A program made the position numbers and the translations under genes. From contig CBDASK010000003.1 in assembly GCA_965199495.1 (NCBI GenBank), positions 3,104,001-3,168,000 of the forward strand: a stretch of 64,000 nt of DNA. Direction: 5' to 3'. Source of the DNA: Abditibacterium sp. (lineage in GTDB: Bacteria > Armatimonadota > Abditibacteriia > Abditibacteriales > Abditibacteriaceae). Position 1 is the first letter of the stretch. Every line of letters starts with the position of its first letter. The notes under the pieces are model-generated. The model was not told the DNA's origin and ran no database searches. It was given only the letters and a program-made list of their open reading frames with translations. Shown piece by piece: positions 8,852 through 18,988 of the stretch.

Positions 8852-9658
8852 TCAAATCGTCATCGAACTAAACCCGCCATCAACCACCAAATTTTGGCCC
8901 GTTACGAAGCCCGACGCTTTACCCGAAGCCAGAAATACGACCGCGCCCGCCAACTCTTCGGCAGAGCCAAAACGCGCCATCGGCGTGTGACCGATGATTT
9001 GGCTGCCGCGCTCGGAATAGCTGCCATCGTCGTTGAACAAAAGTTTTTTGTTCTGTTCCGCCGGGAAAAATCCGGGCGAAAGTGCGTTGACGCGCACGCC
9101 TTTCTCGGCCCATTCGCGCGCTAAAAATTGCGTCAGATTGATCACGGCGGCTTTGGCCGCGCCGTAGGCCACGACGCGCGAAAGAGGAATCATGCCCGCC
9201 ATCGAAGCGACGTTGATAATTGAACCGTTGCCCGCTTCGACCATTGTTTCGCCCCAAACCTGACATGGCAGCAAAGCGCCGCCAACCAAATTTAAATCGA
9301 AAACATCGTTCCATGCGTCTTGGGGTAGCGCGCAAAAATCGGCACCGGGCGGCAGGGTCGCTTCGGGCCGGTTGCCGCCCGCCGCGTTGACCAAAATCGT
9401 CGTCGCGCCCAGTTCGTTTTCGATGGCATTGCGCGCGCGCGTCAAATCGTTTTTATCGAGCGCATCGGCGGTGAAAAAAGCGGCGCGGCCACCGGCGTCT
9501 TCGATTTCCTGCACGCGCGCCTCGCCGTTACGGGCGTTACGCCCGATGATAGCCACGGCGGCGCCGTGCTGCGCCAATGCCAGCGCCATCGCGCCGCCAA
9601 GAGCGCCCGTGCCGCCAATGACGGCGGCGGTTTGGTCGGTCAAGTCGAAAAGATTCAT
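8852..9658 (-). CDS. SDR oxidoreductase, D-mannonate oxidoreductase-like
   Basis: GGTGALG, NAAGGN, YGAAK, RVNALSPGFFPAEQN, HTPMARFG. Confidence 0.88.
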   Translation of the reverse strand: MNLFDLTDQTAAVIGGTGALGGAMALALAQHGAAVAIIGRNARNGEARVQEIEDAGGRAAFFTADALDKNDLTRARNAIENELGATTILVNAAGGNRPEATLPPGADFCALPQDAWNDVFDLNLVGGALLPCQVWGETMVEAGNGSIINVASMAGMIPLSRVVAYGAAKAAVINLTQFLAREWAEKGVRVNALSPGFFPAEQNKKLLFNDDGSYSERGSQIIGHTPMARFGSAEELAGAVVFLASGKASGFVTGQNLVVDGGFSSMTI

Positions 9659-9688
9659 AGTGAAAAGGGTTTGGTTCGCCCGGCGAGT

Positions 9689-11125
9689 TTATCCGTAAAT
9701 TTTGCCATATAACGCGTTTTGCCGTTCTAACGCGCGCCGGTAAATTTTATGGTTCTCCGTGTTTGGCTCCAAGTGTTGCCCGCGCTCGAACGGAACTTTA
9801 GCCGCATCTTCGATGGCGCCCAGATGTTCGAGCGCCAGAATCGCCGCGCCGCGCGCCGAGGCTTCGTGTTCGCGGCTCGCCGTCAGAGGCGCGCCCAGCG
9901 CGTCGCACAAAATCGCTTGCAACGGCGGAATGCCTTCCAACACGCCGCCCGAAAAAATGATTTGCGCATCGGGCGCCAATTCCAATAACAATTTTCCAAT
10001 CGCCGCAAAGCGCAGCGCCACACCTTCGGCGACGGCGCGCATCACTTGAACCGGATGCGTATTCAGTCCCGCGCCGACGAGCGCGAAACGGGCGTCGCCG
10101 TTCCATAACGGCGCGCGTTCTCCGGCCAAAAACGGCAGGATCGTCAAGTCGTGTGCGTCGGGCTGCAAGGCGGTGATTTGGCTTTGCCAATCGTCGGGCA
10201 AATCGAAATTGGCGCGCGTCCAATCCAAAACGTTGCCCGCATTCGACAAAGCGCCGCCGACAATTGAGCGGTTTTCGTCCACGCGATAACGCCACAAACC
10301 GCGCGGCGGCGCACCGCTAAAATCGCGCAAAACCACGCGCATCGCGCCCGAAGTTCCCGCGTTGAGGCCAATGTGATGTTCGTCGGCGCAACCCGAACCG
10401 ATGTTGGAGCAAGCGCCATCGCCAATCGCGGTAAACCATTTCGCATCTTTCAGTTGCGGCCAACGAGCAGCCACGGCGTCGGTGAGCGTGGGCAATTCGG
10501 CGTTAAACGGCGGCAATTGTTCGCAACTAATCGGCAGATGCGAAACCATATCGTCGTCCCAATTTTTGGCGTTTTGATCGAACAAACCGGTGCCCGAAGC
10601 CATCGCCAGCGAAACTCGCGCCTGCCCACACCATTTTAGTCCGAGATATTCGCCAAAACCCATCCATTTCAAGGGCGATTTAAACAATTCGGGCCGCTCG
10701 TCGCGTAGCCACAGCAGTTTCGCGGGCCAATACGACGTATGAAAGACGCAACCCAAACGCGCGTGACATTCGTCTTCATTCATCACGCGACGTAGCGCCG
10801 AAACCCACGCGGCGGCGCGGTTATCGGCCCACGAAATCACGGCGGTTTGCGCTTGCCCATCGTCGTCAACCGCCATCAGCGAATGCCAGAAACACGAAGT
10901 CGCCACGGCGCTGATCGACTGCTTTAAATTCGGCAACAGTTGATCGAGGCATTGGCCCAACAAATCGAGCAGTTTGTCGGCGCCGACTTCGACGCCGCCG
11001 TTGGGAAGCGTGGTTTGCGAGTAGGGAATTTGGGCTTCTTGCCCGACCTTGCGGCCCTGCGCATCGAAAGCGAGGGCGCGCACCGACGAAGTGCCAATAT
11101 CAAGCGCGACGACAAGTGAATTCAT
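9689..11125 (-). CDS. gntK: FGGY-family gluconokinase
   Basis: DIGTSS, WADNRA, GDGACSNIGSG, GTSGAMR, PFLAGERAPLW. Confidence 0.85.
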   Translation of the reverse strand: MNSLVVALDIGTSSVRALAFDAQGRKVGQEAQIPYSQTTLPNGGVEVGADKLLDLLGQCLDQLLPNLKQSISAVATSCFWHSLMAVDDDGQAQTAVISWADNRAAAWVSALRRVMNEDECHARLGCVFHTSYWPAKLLWLRDERPELFKSPLKWMGFGEYLGLKWCGQARVSLAMASGTGLFDQNAKNWDDDMVSHLPISCEQLPPFNAELPTLTDAVAARWPQLKDAKWFTAIGDGACSNIGSGCADEHHIGLNAGTSGAMRVVLRDFSGAPPRGLWRYRVDENRSIVGGALSNAGNVLDWTRANFDLPDDWQSQITALQPDAHDLTILPFLAGERAPLWNGDARFALVGAGLNTHPVQVMRAVAEGVALRFAAIGKLLLELAPDAQIIFSGGVLEGIPPLQAILCDALGAPLTASREHEASARGAAILALEHLGAIEDAAKVPFERGQHLEPNTENHKIYRRALERQNALYGKIYG

Positions 11126-11227
11126 GGAGAGAACGTCAGTTTAAGTTGTTTAGAGGGAAACCATGTGATGCGTAAGTTTTATTTCACTTTGACTTTTCGC
11201 TCCCCTGAGCGGCAAACTGCGCTCGAT

Positions 11228-11851
11228 ATGAAAAAATCTTCGCTGCTGGCTCTTTCGTTACTATGCGCCGCGCCCGGCGTGGCTGCACCAGTCATCGTGA
11301 CCGCGCGCGCGCCGCAGGGCACGGCTGTCCCCGGTTTTTCGTCGGCGCAGGCGCAAGCAATCGTCGGCGCGCAATCGCGCGCTGTGGTGCGCGCGCTGCA
11401 AAATAACGATACGCGCGCGCTCGCCCAATTTGTGCATCCGACGCGTGGCGTCCGCTTTTCGCCCTACGTCAACGCCGATGCCAGCGACCGCACAATTTCG
11501 CGCGCGCAGATGCCGTATCTGGCGCATCATCCGCGCAAATGGAATTGGGGCGAATATGACGGCAGTGGCGAGCCGATGAATTTGACGTGGAACGAGTTCC
11601 GGCGCACGATGCTGGTGACGCGTCCTTATATTCCCGGCGCGCGCGAAGATTTCAATCTGCTTTCGCAAAATGGCAACGTGCCCAACCGTTTGCTGGAAAC
11701 CTATCCCCGCGCAATTTTCGCGCGTTATTATCTGTCCGGCGCCAACCCCGATTTCGGCGGTTTGGATTGGCGAACTCTGTTTTTGGCGTGGCGTCCAGTC
11801 GGCAAAACCTGGTATCTGGTCGGCGTCGCCAACGACGAATGGACAACTTGA
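11228..11851 (+). CDS. Secreted hypothetical protein
   Basis: Signal peptide; FVHPTRGVRFSPY and WGEYDGSG conserved-looking motifs. Confidence 0.75.
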   Translation: MKKSSLLALSLLCAAPGVAAPVIVTARAPQGTAVPGFSSAQAQAIVGAQSRAVVRALQNNDTRALAQFVHPTRGVRFSPYVNADASDRTISRAQMPYLAHHPRKWNWGEYDGSGEPMNLTWNEFRRTMLVTRPYIPGAREDFNLLSQNGNVPNRLLETYPRAIFARYYLSGANPDFGGLDWRTLFLAWRPVGKTWYLVGVANDEWTT

Positions 11852-11968
11852 TTGAGGCGGACATCATTTCCCCAGACCTTTTGTTGAAATTGGGTTATAG
11901 TGTTAATCAGCGCGCCATTTTCGATGAACGCGACTCGCAACGCATCCTAACCAAGGAAAAATTGTCCC

Positions 11969-12280
11969 ATGCAAAATCCCGAACCTTCAGCTCAAATTCC
12001 TTCGTCGCCTTATGGCGGCGCGCCCACGCCTATCGCGGGCGCCGACAAGAAATTACCCGCCGGTTTGTGCGGCATTTTGCTGGGCGCCTTTGGCGTTCAC
12101 AAATTCATCCTCGGCTACACCAACACCGGAATCATCATGCTCGCCGTCACTCTACTCACCTTCGGAATTGGAGCGGTCGTTATGACCGTCGTCGGCCTTA
12201 TCGAGGGCATTATTTACCTGACCAAGTCCGACGAACAGTTCGTGCAAGAATATGTCGTCAATAAAAAAACGTGGTTTTAA
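11969..12280 (+). CDS. TM2-domain membrane protein
   Basis: AGLCGILLGAFGVHKFILGY, IEGIIYLTKSDEQF. Confidence 0.9.
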   Translation: MQNPEPSAQIPSSPYGGAPTPIAGADKKLPAGLCGILLGAFGVHKFILGYTNTGIIMLAVTLLTFGIGAVVMTVVGLIEGIIYLTKSDEQFVQEYVVNKKTWF

Positions 12281-12296
12281 ATCTTGATTGACAAAC

Positions 12297-12340
12297 GCAA
12301 AACGCCCGCATTTTCAACAATGCGGGGGCTTTTGGCGTTT
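12297..12340. terminator. Bidirectional terminator
   Basis: AAAACGCCCGCATT...AATGCGGGGCTTTT between convergent genes. Confidence 0.6.
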
Positions 12341-13205
12341 AAGGCATCAATACTTTCGAGCGCAGTCGCGATTGGCCTTTGACGCCCGGCATGAAATGGA
12401 AAACCGCGCCATCCAAAGTTTGCGAATTGGGATTGCCGCGCGCGGTTGTCACGAACATTTCGTCCAAATCGGCGCCACCGAAAATGCAACTGGTGACGTA
12501 TTTGACTGGAAACTCGATTTGCTGAATCAGCGTGGCGTCGGGCGCGTAGTGGCGCAGACAGCCACCGCCATAGTAACAAACCCAAACGCCGCCTTCGCTG
12601 TCGGTCGTCATTCCATCGGGCGCCAGAGTGGGCGTGTGCAGCCATTCGCGGCGATTAGAAACTTGTCCGCTTTGCTTGTCGTAATCGAACAAATAAACGA
12701 TGCGCGCATCGGTATCGGCCCAATATAACTGGTTGCCATCGGGCGTCCAACCCATGCCGTTGGAGCAACCGGTGCCCAGGCAAATCGTGGTGGCGTCGCC
12801 CTGCAAGTCGAGATGAAACAGTCCGCCGCGCGTGTGGGTTTCCCAGTCCACCGTGCCCGCGAACAGTTCGCCGTTGGGCGCGGCGATGCAATCGTTGAAA
12901 CGCCCGGTGTCGCTCACGATGCCTTCTTTCAAAACGATGAGTTCGCCCGAAACCGGGTCTAAACGCGCGGCGCTGCCAGTGAAAAGCAACAGCAGCGAGC
13001 CGTCTTGTTGCAATGCGAAGGCGCCCATTTCCGGCCCTTGAAAAATCAGGCGATGTTCGCCCGAAACGGCGTCCCATTCGTAGACTTCACCGTCGTCAAT
13101 ATCGCACCAGTAAAGCACGCCGCGCACGTCGTCCCACAGCGGGTTTTCGGCGCACGCGCAATGTTCGTTGACTAAAAGTTGAGGGATGATTTCGGGTTGT
13201 TTCAT
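12339..13205 (-). CDS. SMP-30/gluconolactonase-family protein
   Basis: ENPLWD, RFND, SNGMGWTPD, PDGMTTD. Confidence 0.92.
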   Translation of the reverse strand: MKQPEIIPQLLVNEHCACAENPLWDDVRGVLYWCDIDDGEVYEWDAVSGEHRLIFQGPEMGAFALQQDGSLLLLFTGSAARLDPVSGELIVLKEGIVSDTGRFNDCIAAPNGELFAGTVDWETHTRGGLFHLDLQGDATTICLGTGCSNGMGWTPDGNQLYWADTDARIVYLFDYDKQSGQVSNRREWLHTPTLAPDGMTTDSEGGVWVCYYGGGCLRHYAPDATLIQQIEFPVKYVTSCIFGGADLDEMFVTTARGNPNSQTLDGAVFHFMPGVKGQSRLRSKVLMP

Positions 13206-13218
13206 TTTGAAAATTTAA

Positions 13219-13375
13219 TTAGCCACAGAGTTCACGGAGAACGCACAGAAAAACACAGAGGGGAACGAAGAAAATAGGGCGTAGAAGAACAACTATTATG
13301 AATAATGTTTTTTTGGTTTATTTTCTTCATCCTCTCTGTGTTTTTCTGTGCGTTCTCCGTGAACTCTGTGGCTAA
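13219..13375. repeat. CACAGAG-family long inverted repeat, copy 1
   Basis: TTAGCCACAGAGTTCACGGAGAACGCACAGAAAAACACAGAG arm and its reverse complement around an AT-rich spacer. Confidence 0.85.
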
Positions 13376-14196
13376 ATCGAGGTCTGTCCAGTGTAAACCG
13401 TCAGCCCGCGTGGCCGCATCCAGCCGACGAGGTTGAGATTGTTGGCGCGCGCCAAATCAATCGCCAGACTTGAGGCCGCCGAAACTCCGGCGACGGTGCC
13501 GATGCGTGCGCGCAACGCTTTTTGCACGATCTCGAAACTGACGCGGCCCGAAACTAACAAAATCAAATCGGATGTCGCCGGAATCCAACCGCTCTCCAAG
13601 CCGAAACCAATCGCCCGGTCGGTCGCATTGTGGCGCCCGATGTCTTCGTAACAGGCGAGCAAAGCGCCGCTCGCATCGAAAATCGCCGCCGCGTGCAAGC
13701 CGCCGGTTTGCGAAAATATCGTCTGCTCTGCGCGCATTTTGTCGGGCAAATTTTGTAACAATTCGGCGTCAATTGGGCGCGGAGTTAGCGGTTCGATTTG
13801 TGCGCTAAACGCGTCAACCGTGGCTTTGCCGCACAAACCGCAACTCGAATTAGAAATCAGACTGCGCTCCCACAACTGCGCGGGCAACTGGCTGTCGTCC
13901 CATAATTTCACATCGGCGACGCTGACCAATTCGTCGTTCAAATCGCGGCAACGCGTGCGCATTTGGATTTCGCTCACTTCATCCATCGAAGCGATGACGC
14001 CTTCGGATAACAACAATCCAAGGGCCAGCAAGCGGTCGTTTTCTTCGCCCTGCGGCGTGCGCATCGTCGCCGAATAGCGGCGCCCGCCGACGCGAATTTC
14101 GAGCGGTTCTTCGACCGTCACAGCTTCGGCGATTTCGCTCCACTTTCCGTCGCGCAACTGGCGCGCGGCGAAATCGCGCATAGGTTGATTTTGCAT
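13372..14196 (-). CDS. fdhD: Formate dehydrogenase accessory sulfurtransferase
   Basis: EEPLEI, TMRTP, SSCGLCGK, TGGLHAAA, EDIGRHNA. Confidence 0.95.
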   Translation of the reverse strand: MQNQPMRDFAARQLRDGKWSEIAEAVTVEEPLEIRVGGRRYSATMRTPQGEENDRLLALGLLLSEGVIASMDEVSEIQMRTRCRDLNDELVSVADVKLWDDSQLPAQLWERSLISNSSCGLCGKATVDAFSAQIEPLTPRPIDAELLQNLPDKMRAEQTIFSQTGGLHAAAIFDASGALLACYEDIGRHNATDRAIGFGLESGWIPATSDLILLVSGRVSFEIVQKALRARIGTVAGVSAASSLAIDLARANNLNLVGWMRPRGLTVYTGQTSI

Positions 14197-14292
14197 CTGT
14201 TAGAAAACTTAAGACAATGCAAACACAAAAGTGCGGCGGCGCTTTCATACTTATCAAGCCCATCGCGAAAACGTGCGCGCGGCGCTCATTCC

Positions 14293-14847
14293 ATGAAAAA
14301 TACTGAAATCGAATTCAATTCCTGTTCCGCCGATTCCACCAACGAACAACCCAACGCGCTTTGCTCCGGGCGTCGCGAATTCCTGACGCGTTCCGTCGTC
14401 GGCGGGTTGGCCATCGCAATCGGCGGCGCGACATTAATTTCCGTTGCGCGCGCCGATGACGATGACAAAGCGGGTAAAAAAGCCGACGCCGACGAAGCAG
14501 TAGCCACGCCGACGGCGCAACCGCAAAACTCGAAGATCAACGCCGACGAATTATTGATCAAACCATCCGATTTTCCGGCCTTGGCGAAAGTCGGCGGTTT
14601 CGTGACGCTCAACACGACGGCGGGCAAAATCGTGGTCGCGCGCGTTGACGATCAAAAATTCGTTGCCGTCGGCGCGGTTTGCACGCACAAAGGTGGCCCC
14701 ATCGAATATGACAACGATGCCAAACAGTTTTTCTGTCCGTGGCACAAATCTCGGTTCGATTTGGATGGAGCCGTCGTCAAAGGCCCGGCCAGAGTCGCTT
14801 TGCCGAACTACAAAGAAGAAACGGCGACCGTGATTAAATTGAGCTGA
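14293..14847 (+). CDS. Tat-exported Rieske 2Fe-2S protein
   Basis: RREFL Tat motif; CTHKG and CPWHKSRF. Confidence 0.9.
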   Translation: MKNTEIEFNSCSADSTNEQPNALCSGRREFLTRSVVGGLAIAIGGATLISVARADDDDKAGKKADADEAVATPTAQPQNSKINADELLIKPSDFPALAKVGGFVTLNTTAGKIVVARVDDQKFVAVGAVCTHKGGPIEYDNDAKQFFCPWHKSRFDLDGAVVKGPARVALPNYKEETATVIKLS

Positions 14848-14850
14848 TTT

Positions 14851-15066
14851 TCATTCCGAATCCCATTTGATGCTGGCGCCGCTTTCTTCGCTGAAACGGC
14901 GCCAGCGCTCGGCGTCGGTCAGGGCGTCCGAAACCGTATCTACGTTCATGTTGGGCGCCACAACGCGAATTTCGACTTGGGCACCTTCGGGCAGTTCTTC
15001 GTCGCCCAGGGGAACAACGAGACCTTCGCGGACAACGCCGCGCGCGATAAGAGTTTGAGTTTCCAT
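14851..15066 (-). CDS. Small AF2212/DUF104-like putative antitoxin
   Basis: GVVREGLVVPL..ELPEGAQVEI pattern. Confidence 0.6.
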   Translation of the reverse strand: METQTLIARGVVREGLVVPLGDEELPEGAQVEIRVVAPNMNVDTVSDALTDAERWRRFSEESGASIKWDSE

Positions 15067-15189
15067 GAAAGGAGCGGTCTTCTAACCGCGATAACTGAAG
15101 CAAACGACGCCGCTACTAACAAAGTAGATGCCACATTTTTGTGGATAATTCACACCGGTAATTTACGTGATACGATTTCCTATTCGCTT

Positions 15190-17481
15190 CTAATTCTGAT
15201 GCAGCGCCACGCGAATTACGACCGACTTCGACGCGGGCGTATTCGATTTATCAGCCACGTCGTCCACCGAGACTAAAACATTGGTTTCGGGGAAATACGT
15301 CGCCGCGCAACCTTGGGGAATATCGTATTCGACGACGATAAACAACGGAGCCACGCGCGTTTGTCCGCGAAAATGGGACGTAATATCCACTTGGTCGCCC
15401 GCCGACAGACCGCGCGCTTTGATATCGGCGGCGTTCATGAAAATCACGCGGCGCTCGCCGTAAACGCCGCGATAGCGGTCGTCCATACCGTAAATCGTGG
15501 TGTTGTATTGGTCGTGCGAACGAATCGTCATCATCAACAGTTCGTCGTCTTCGAGCGCGATTGGCTCGATTTTGCAGACGCCGAAATTGGCTTTGCCGTT
15601 GGGCGTATTCCAAATCCGTTCGCGCGCGCCGTTGGGCAAATAAAATCCTTCGGGCAAACGCACGCGCTCGTTATAATTCTCGAAACCCGGCACGACGCGC
15701 TCGATGCGCGCGCGGATGAAATCGTAATCGTCGGCAAACGCGCGCCAGTTGAGTTTGTCGTCGCCCAAAACCGCGTGCGCCAATGCGGCGACAATCGCCG
15801 GTTCGCTTTTGAGATATTCCGAAGCTGGCTCCAATTTGCCGCGCGACGAATGAACCACGCCCATCGAATTTTCGACTGAAACGAATTGCGGCCCGCTTTT
15901 TTGCGCGTCCAATTCGGTGCGCCCCAGACACGGCAAAATCAAGGCGCGTTTGCCGGTCACGCAATGCGCGCGGTTGAGTTTGGTCGAAACGTGAACCGTG
16001 AGATTGCACTTGCGCAGCGCCTCGGCAGTGAACGAGGTGTCCGGCGTGGCTGATAGGAAGTTGCCGCCCATCGCGAAGAACACTTTCGCGCGCCCGTCGT
16101 GCATCGCTTTGATCGAATCCACCACGTCAAAGCCCGCTTCGCGCGGCGCCTTGAAGCCGAATTCGCGTTCGAGCGCGTCCAAAAACGTCGGTTGTGGCTT
16201 TTCGTAAATGCCCATCGTGCGGTCGCCCTGCACATTGGAATGGCCGCGCACCGGACAGGCGCCCGCGCCCGCGCGCCCGATGTGGCCGCCCAGTAAAAGC
16301 AAATTAATCACTTCGCGAATGTTGGCGACGGCGTTTTTGTGTTGCGTCAAACCCATTGCCCAACACGCGATAACGCGTTTCGAGCGCGCGATTAAAGCGG
16401 CGGCTTTGCGAATTTCGACGCGCGCGATGCCCGAAACGCGCTCGATTTCGTCCCAACTTTCCAGTCGCAACTGCGCCTGGAAATCGGCGAAACCCGCCGT
16501 ATGCTCTGCGATAAATGCGCGGTCGAAAACCTGTCCCGGCGCGGCGACTTCGTAATCGAACATCGCCTTCATGATGCCCTTGAGCAGAGCCACGTCGCCG
16601 TTGATTTTCACGGGCAGAAATTGCGTCGTCAATTCGACCGGATGAATCAAATCGGTCGGATGCTGCGGATGCGAAAACGCCAGTAAACCGGCTTCGGGCA
16701 ACGGGTTAATCGAAATGATTTCCGCGCCATTTTTGCGCGCCGCGCGCAAAGCCGAAAGCATGCGCGGATGATTGGTGCCGGGATTTTGCCCGATAATCAG
16801 GATGCAATCGGCCTTGCCGAAATCTTCCAATTTCACCGTGCCCTTGCCGATGCCGACGGCTTCACCCATCGCCCAGCCGCTCGATTCGTGGCACATATTC
16901 GAGCAATCGGGCAAATTGTTGGTGCCCAACATCCGCACGAATAATTGATACAAAAACGCGGCTTCGTTTGAAGTGCGGCCCGACGTATAAAAAATCGCTT
17001 GGTCGGGCGAATCGAGCGCTTTCAATTCGTCGGCGATGAGAGCAAACGCTTCGTCCCACGCAATCGGGCGATAATGTGTGGCGCCTTCGTCCAAAATCAT
17101 CGGATGCGTCAAGCGCCCGCTTTTGCCGATTACGCGGTCGTCCCAACTCGCGATTTCCAATAACGAATGTTGCGCGAAAAATTCGGGCGTGACGCGCTCC
17201 AATGTCGTTTCTTCGGCGACGGCTTTGGCGCCGTTTTCACAATACTCGAAGCGCGAACGATTATCCGACGGATCGGGCCACGCGCAACCGGGACAATCGA
17301 AACCGTCTTTCTGGTTGAGCTGGAGCAGAATCTGATTGCCGCGCACCAGTCCGCTTTCGCGCGCGATATGCTCCATTGATTTGGTAATTGCCATCAAACC
17401 AGCGGCGTGATGCTTGCGCGGCCCAACTTTCAAATCGGATAACTCTGCGGGCGTGAGTTCGCTTGGCAAATTTTCAGACAT
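15190..17481 (-). CDS. FdhF/YdeP-family molybdopterin oxidoreductase
   Basis: GFDCPGCAWPD, CENGAKA, NNLPDCSNMCHESS, RGHSNVQGDRT, RSHDQYNTT. Confidence 0.95.
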   Translation of the reverse strand: MSENLPSELTPAELSDLKVGPRKHHAAGLMAITKSMEHIARESGLVRGNQILLQLNQKDGFDCPGCAWPDPSDNRSRFEYCENGAKAVAEETTLERVTPEFFAQHSLLEIASWDDRVIGKSGRLTHPMILDEGATHYRPIAWDEAFALIADELKALDSPDQAIFYTSGRTSNEAAFLYQLFVRMLGTNNLPDCSNMCHESSGWAMGEAVGIGKGTVKLEDFGKADCILIIGQNPGTNHPRMLSALRAARKNGAEIISINPLPEAGLLAFSHPQHPTDLIHPVELTTQFLPVKINGDVALLKGIMKAMFDYEVAAPGQVFDRAFIAEHTAGFADFQAQLRLESWDEIERVSGIARVEIRKAAALIARSKRVIACWAMGLTQHKNAVANIREVINLLLLGGHIGRAGAGACPVRGHSNVQGDRTMGIYEKPQPTFLDALEREFGFKAPREAGFDVVDSIKAMHDGRAKVFFAMGGNFLSATPDTSFTAEALRKCNLTVHVSTKLNRAHCVTGKRALILPCLGRTELDAQKSGPQFVSVENSMGVVHSSRGKLEPASEYLKSEPAIVAALAHAVLGDDKLNWRAFADDYDFIRARIERVVPGFENYNERVRLPEGFYLPNGARERIWNTPNGKANFGVCKIEPIALEDDELLMMTIRSHDQYNTTIYGMDDRYRGVYGERRVIFMNAADIKARGLSAGDQVDITSHFRGQTRVAPLFIVVEYDIPQGCAATYFPETNVLVSVDDVADKSNTPASKSVVIRVALHQN

Positions 17482-17530
17482 GAGATAAGTTTACGAATTT
17501 TGCTTTTGAGTCGTGAATCAAAACCGCGCA

Positions 17531-17815
17531 TCAAATTCCCATGTTTTTCATCACGAGGGCGACGATGCCAGCGCACACAGCGATGATGATAAAAAAGAAA
17601 GCGAAGGCGATGGCGATAAATCGAAAACCTTCGCGGTCAGCGGCTTGAGCCACCGGGTCAAGGGGAATTTCGATTTCGGGTTCTGCTAATTCAACTGCGG
17701 GAACTTCACTATTGGAATCGGGCGTTAAAATATCGGCTGGCGTCGGCACGTTTTGCGCGGGAACTTCGTCGGGCTTGGGCGCATCATCGGGCGAAGGTTG
17801 GGGCAAGTCGCTCAT
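17531..17815 (-). CDS. Small protein, acidic N-terminus and C-terminal TM helix
   Basis: ORF composition only. Confidence 0.6.
   Translation of the reverse strand: MSDLPQPSPDDAPKPDEVPAQNVPTPADILTPDSNSEVPAVELAEPEIEIPLDPVAQAADREGFRFIAIAFAFFFIIIAVCAGIVALVMKNMGI
17700..17726 (+). promoter_or_regulatory. Candidate SigH/SigR-type ECF promoter
   Basis: GGAAC-N18-CGTT about 145 bp upstream of the ECF sigma gene. Confidence 0.5.
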
Positions 17816-17871
17816 CGCAATATAGTTTGCCTGTTTTAAGCGTTTCCATTGCCCACCAAACCGCCTTTTCT

Positions 17872-18465
17872 ATGAATAGCGAACCCACAACGCCGCAGTT
17901 TGCGTCGCCTCAAGACGCTTTTGAAGCCGAATTGCAACCAATTCTGGACAAGGCCTACGCCGTGGCTTATCGTCTGGCGGGCAACCGCGACGATGCGCAA
18001 GATTTGGTGCAGGACGCCGCCATTCAAGCCTTTCGTGCTTTCGCGAGTTATCAGAGCGGCACCAACTTCAAAGCGTGGTTCACGCGCATTCTGGTCAATC
18101 GTTTCTTGAATTTGCGCCGTAGCGCCGAGCGACGCCCGCAAACCGTTTCGATTGACGAAGCCGAAGATTTCTTTTTGTTTCAGCAAGCCAAAAATCGCAA
18201 AATGCTCGGTCGTGGCAGCGACCCGGCGGCGGCGCTGACCGCGAAAATTGACCGCGAACTCATCGCGCAGGCGTTGCTCGATTTGCCCGTCGAATTTCGC
18301 GCCGTCGCGACGTTGTATTTCATCGAAGATTATTCCTACGAAGAAATCGCGCGCATTTTGGAGGTGCCGATTGGCACCGTGCGTTCGCGTTTGCATCGCG
18401 GGCGCAAAATTTTGCAAAAGGCGTTATGGGATTTGGCCAGAGAACGTAACGTGATTTCGGCGTGA
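17872..18465 (+). CDS. ECF sigma factor (SigH/SigR-like)
   Basis: DAQDLVQD, GTNFKAW, SYEEIARILEVPIGTVRSRLHRGRK. Confidence 0.93.
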   Translation: MNSEPTTPQFASPQDAFEAELQPILDKAYAVAYRLAGNRDDAQDLVQDAAIQAFRAFASYQSGTNFKAWFTRILVNRFLNLRRSAERRPQTVSIDEAEDFFLFQQAKNRKMLGRGSDPAAALTAKIDRELIAQALLDLPVEFRAVATLYFIEDYSYEEIARILEVPIGTVRSRLHRGRKILQKALWDLARERNVISA

Positions 18466-18548
18466 TAGTTTTGGGAACTTCTGCGCAAGAATTGTATTTA
18501 AGTGAGAAGTTCGCCCGCAATTCAACGGACGCCAACGACAAAAATCTC

Positions 18549-18800
18549 ATGTTACTCGGATTCTACGATTGCCACGATACGCTCGAACGTTTGGACGATT
18601 ATCTCGACCGCGAGCTTTCGCCAAAAGAGAATCGTCAAGTCGCGATTCATCTGGCGATTTGTCTCAAGTGCGCCCAACATTATCGCTTCGAGCAAGGCTT
18701 TATCCAAGATGTGCGCGCCAAATTGGAGCGCGTCGAAGTGCCGCCCGAACTGATGAAGCAGATCAGCCTGTCGCTACGCGCGCTCGATGCGCCCGAATAA
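18549..18800 (+). CDS. Zinc-finger (zf-HC2) anti-sigma factor, RshA/RsrA-like
   Basis: C...YLDREL...HLAICLKC (HxxxCxxC). Confidence 0.88.
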   Translation: MLLGFYDCHDTLERLDDYLDRELSPKENRQVAIHLAICLKCAQHYRFEQGFIQDVRAKLERVEVPPELMKQISLSLRALDAPE

Positions 18801-18988
18801 CGTTCGGGCGCACAGCCACGGCGGCTTGGTTACGGAATTTGTCGTCGTGATGCTCGCGTAATAATTGGGCTTCATCGAAATGGAAACGCGCGAAAATGCG
18901 CGGTTTTGTGCCGTGACCCGCGCGTGATAATTGGACGCAACGGGAACTCAGAGCGCGTTACGAGCTTTTATAGCGTTAGATTCAACCC

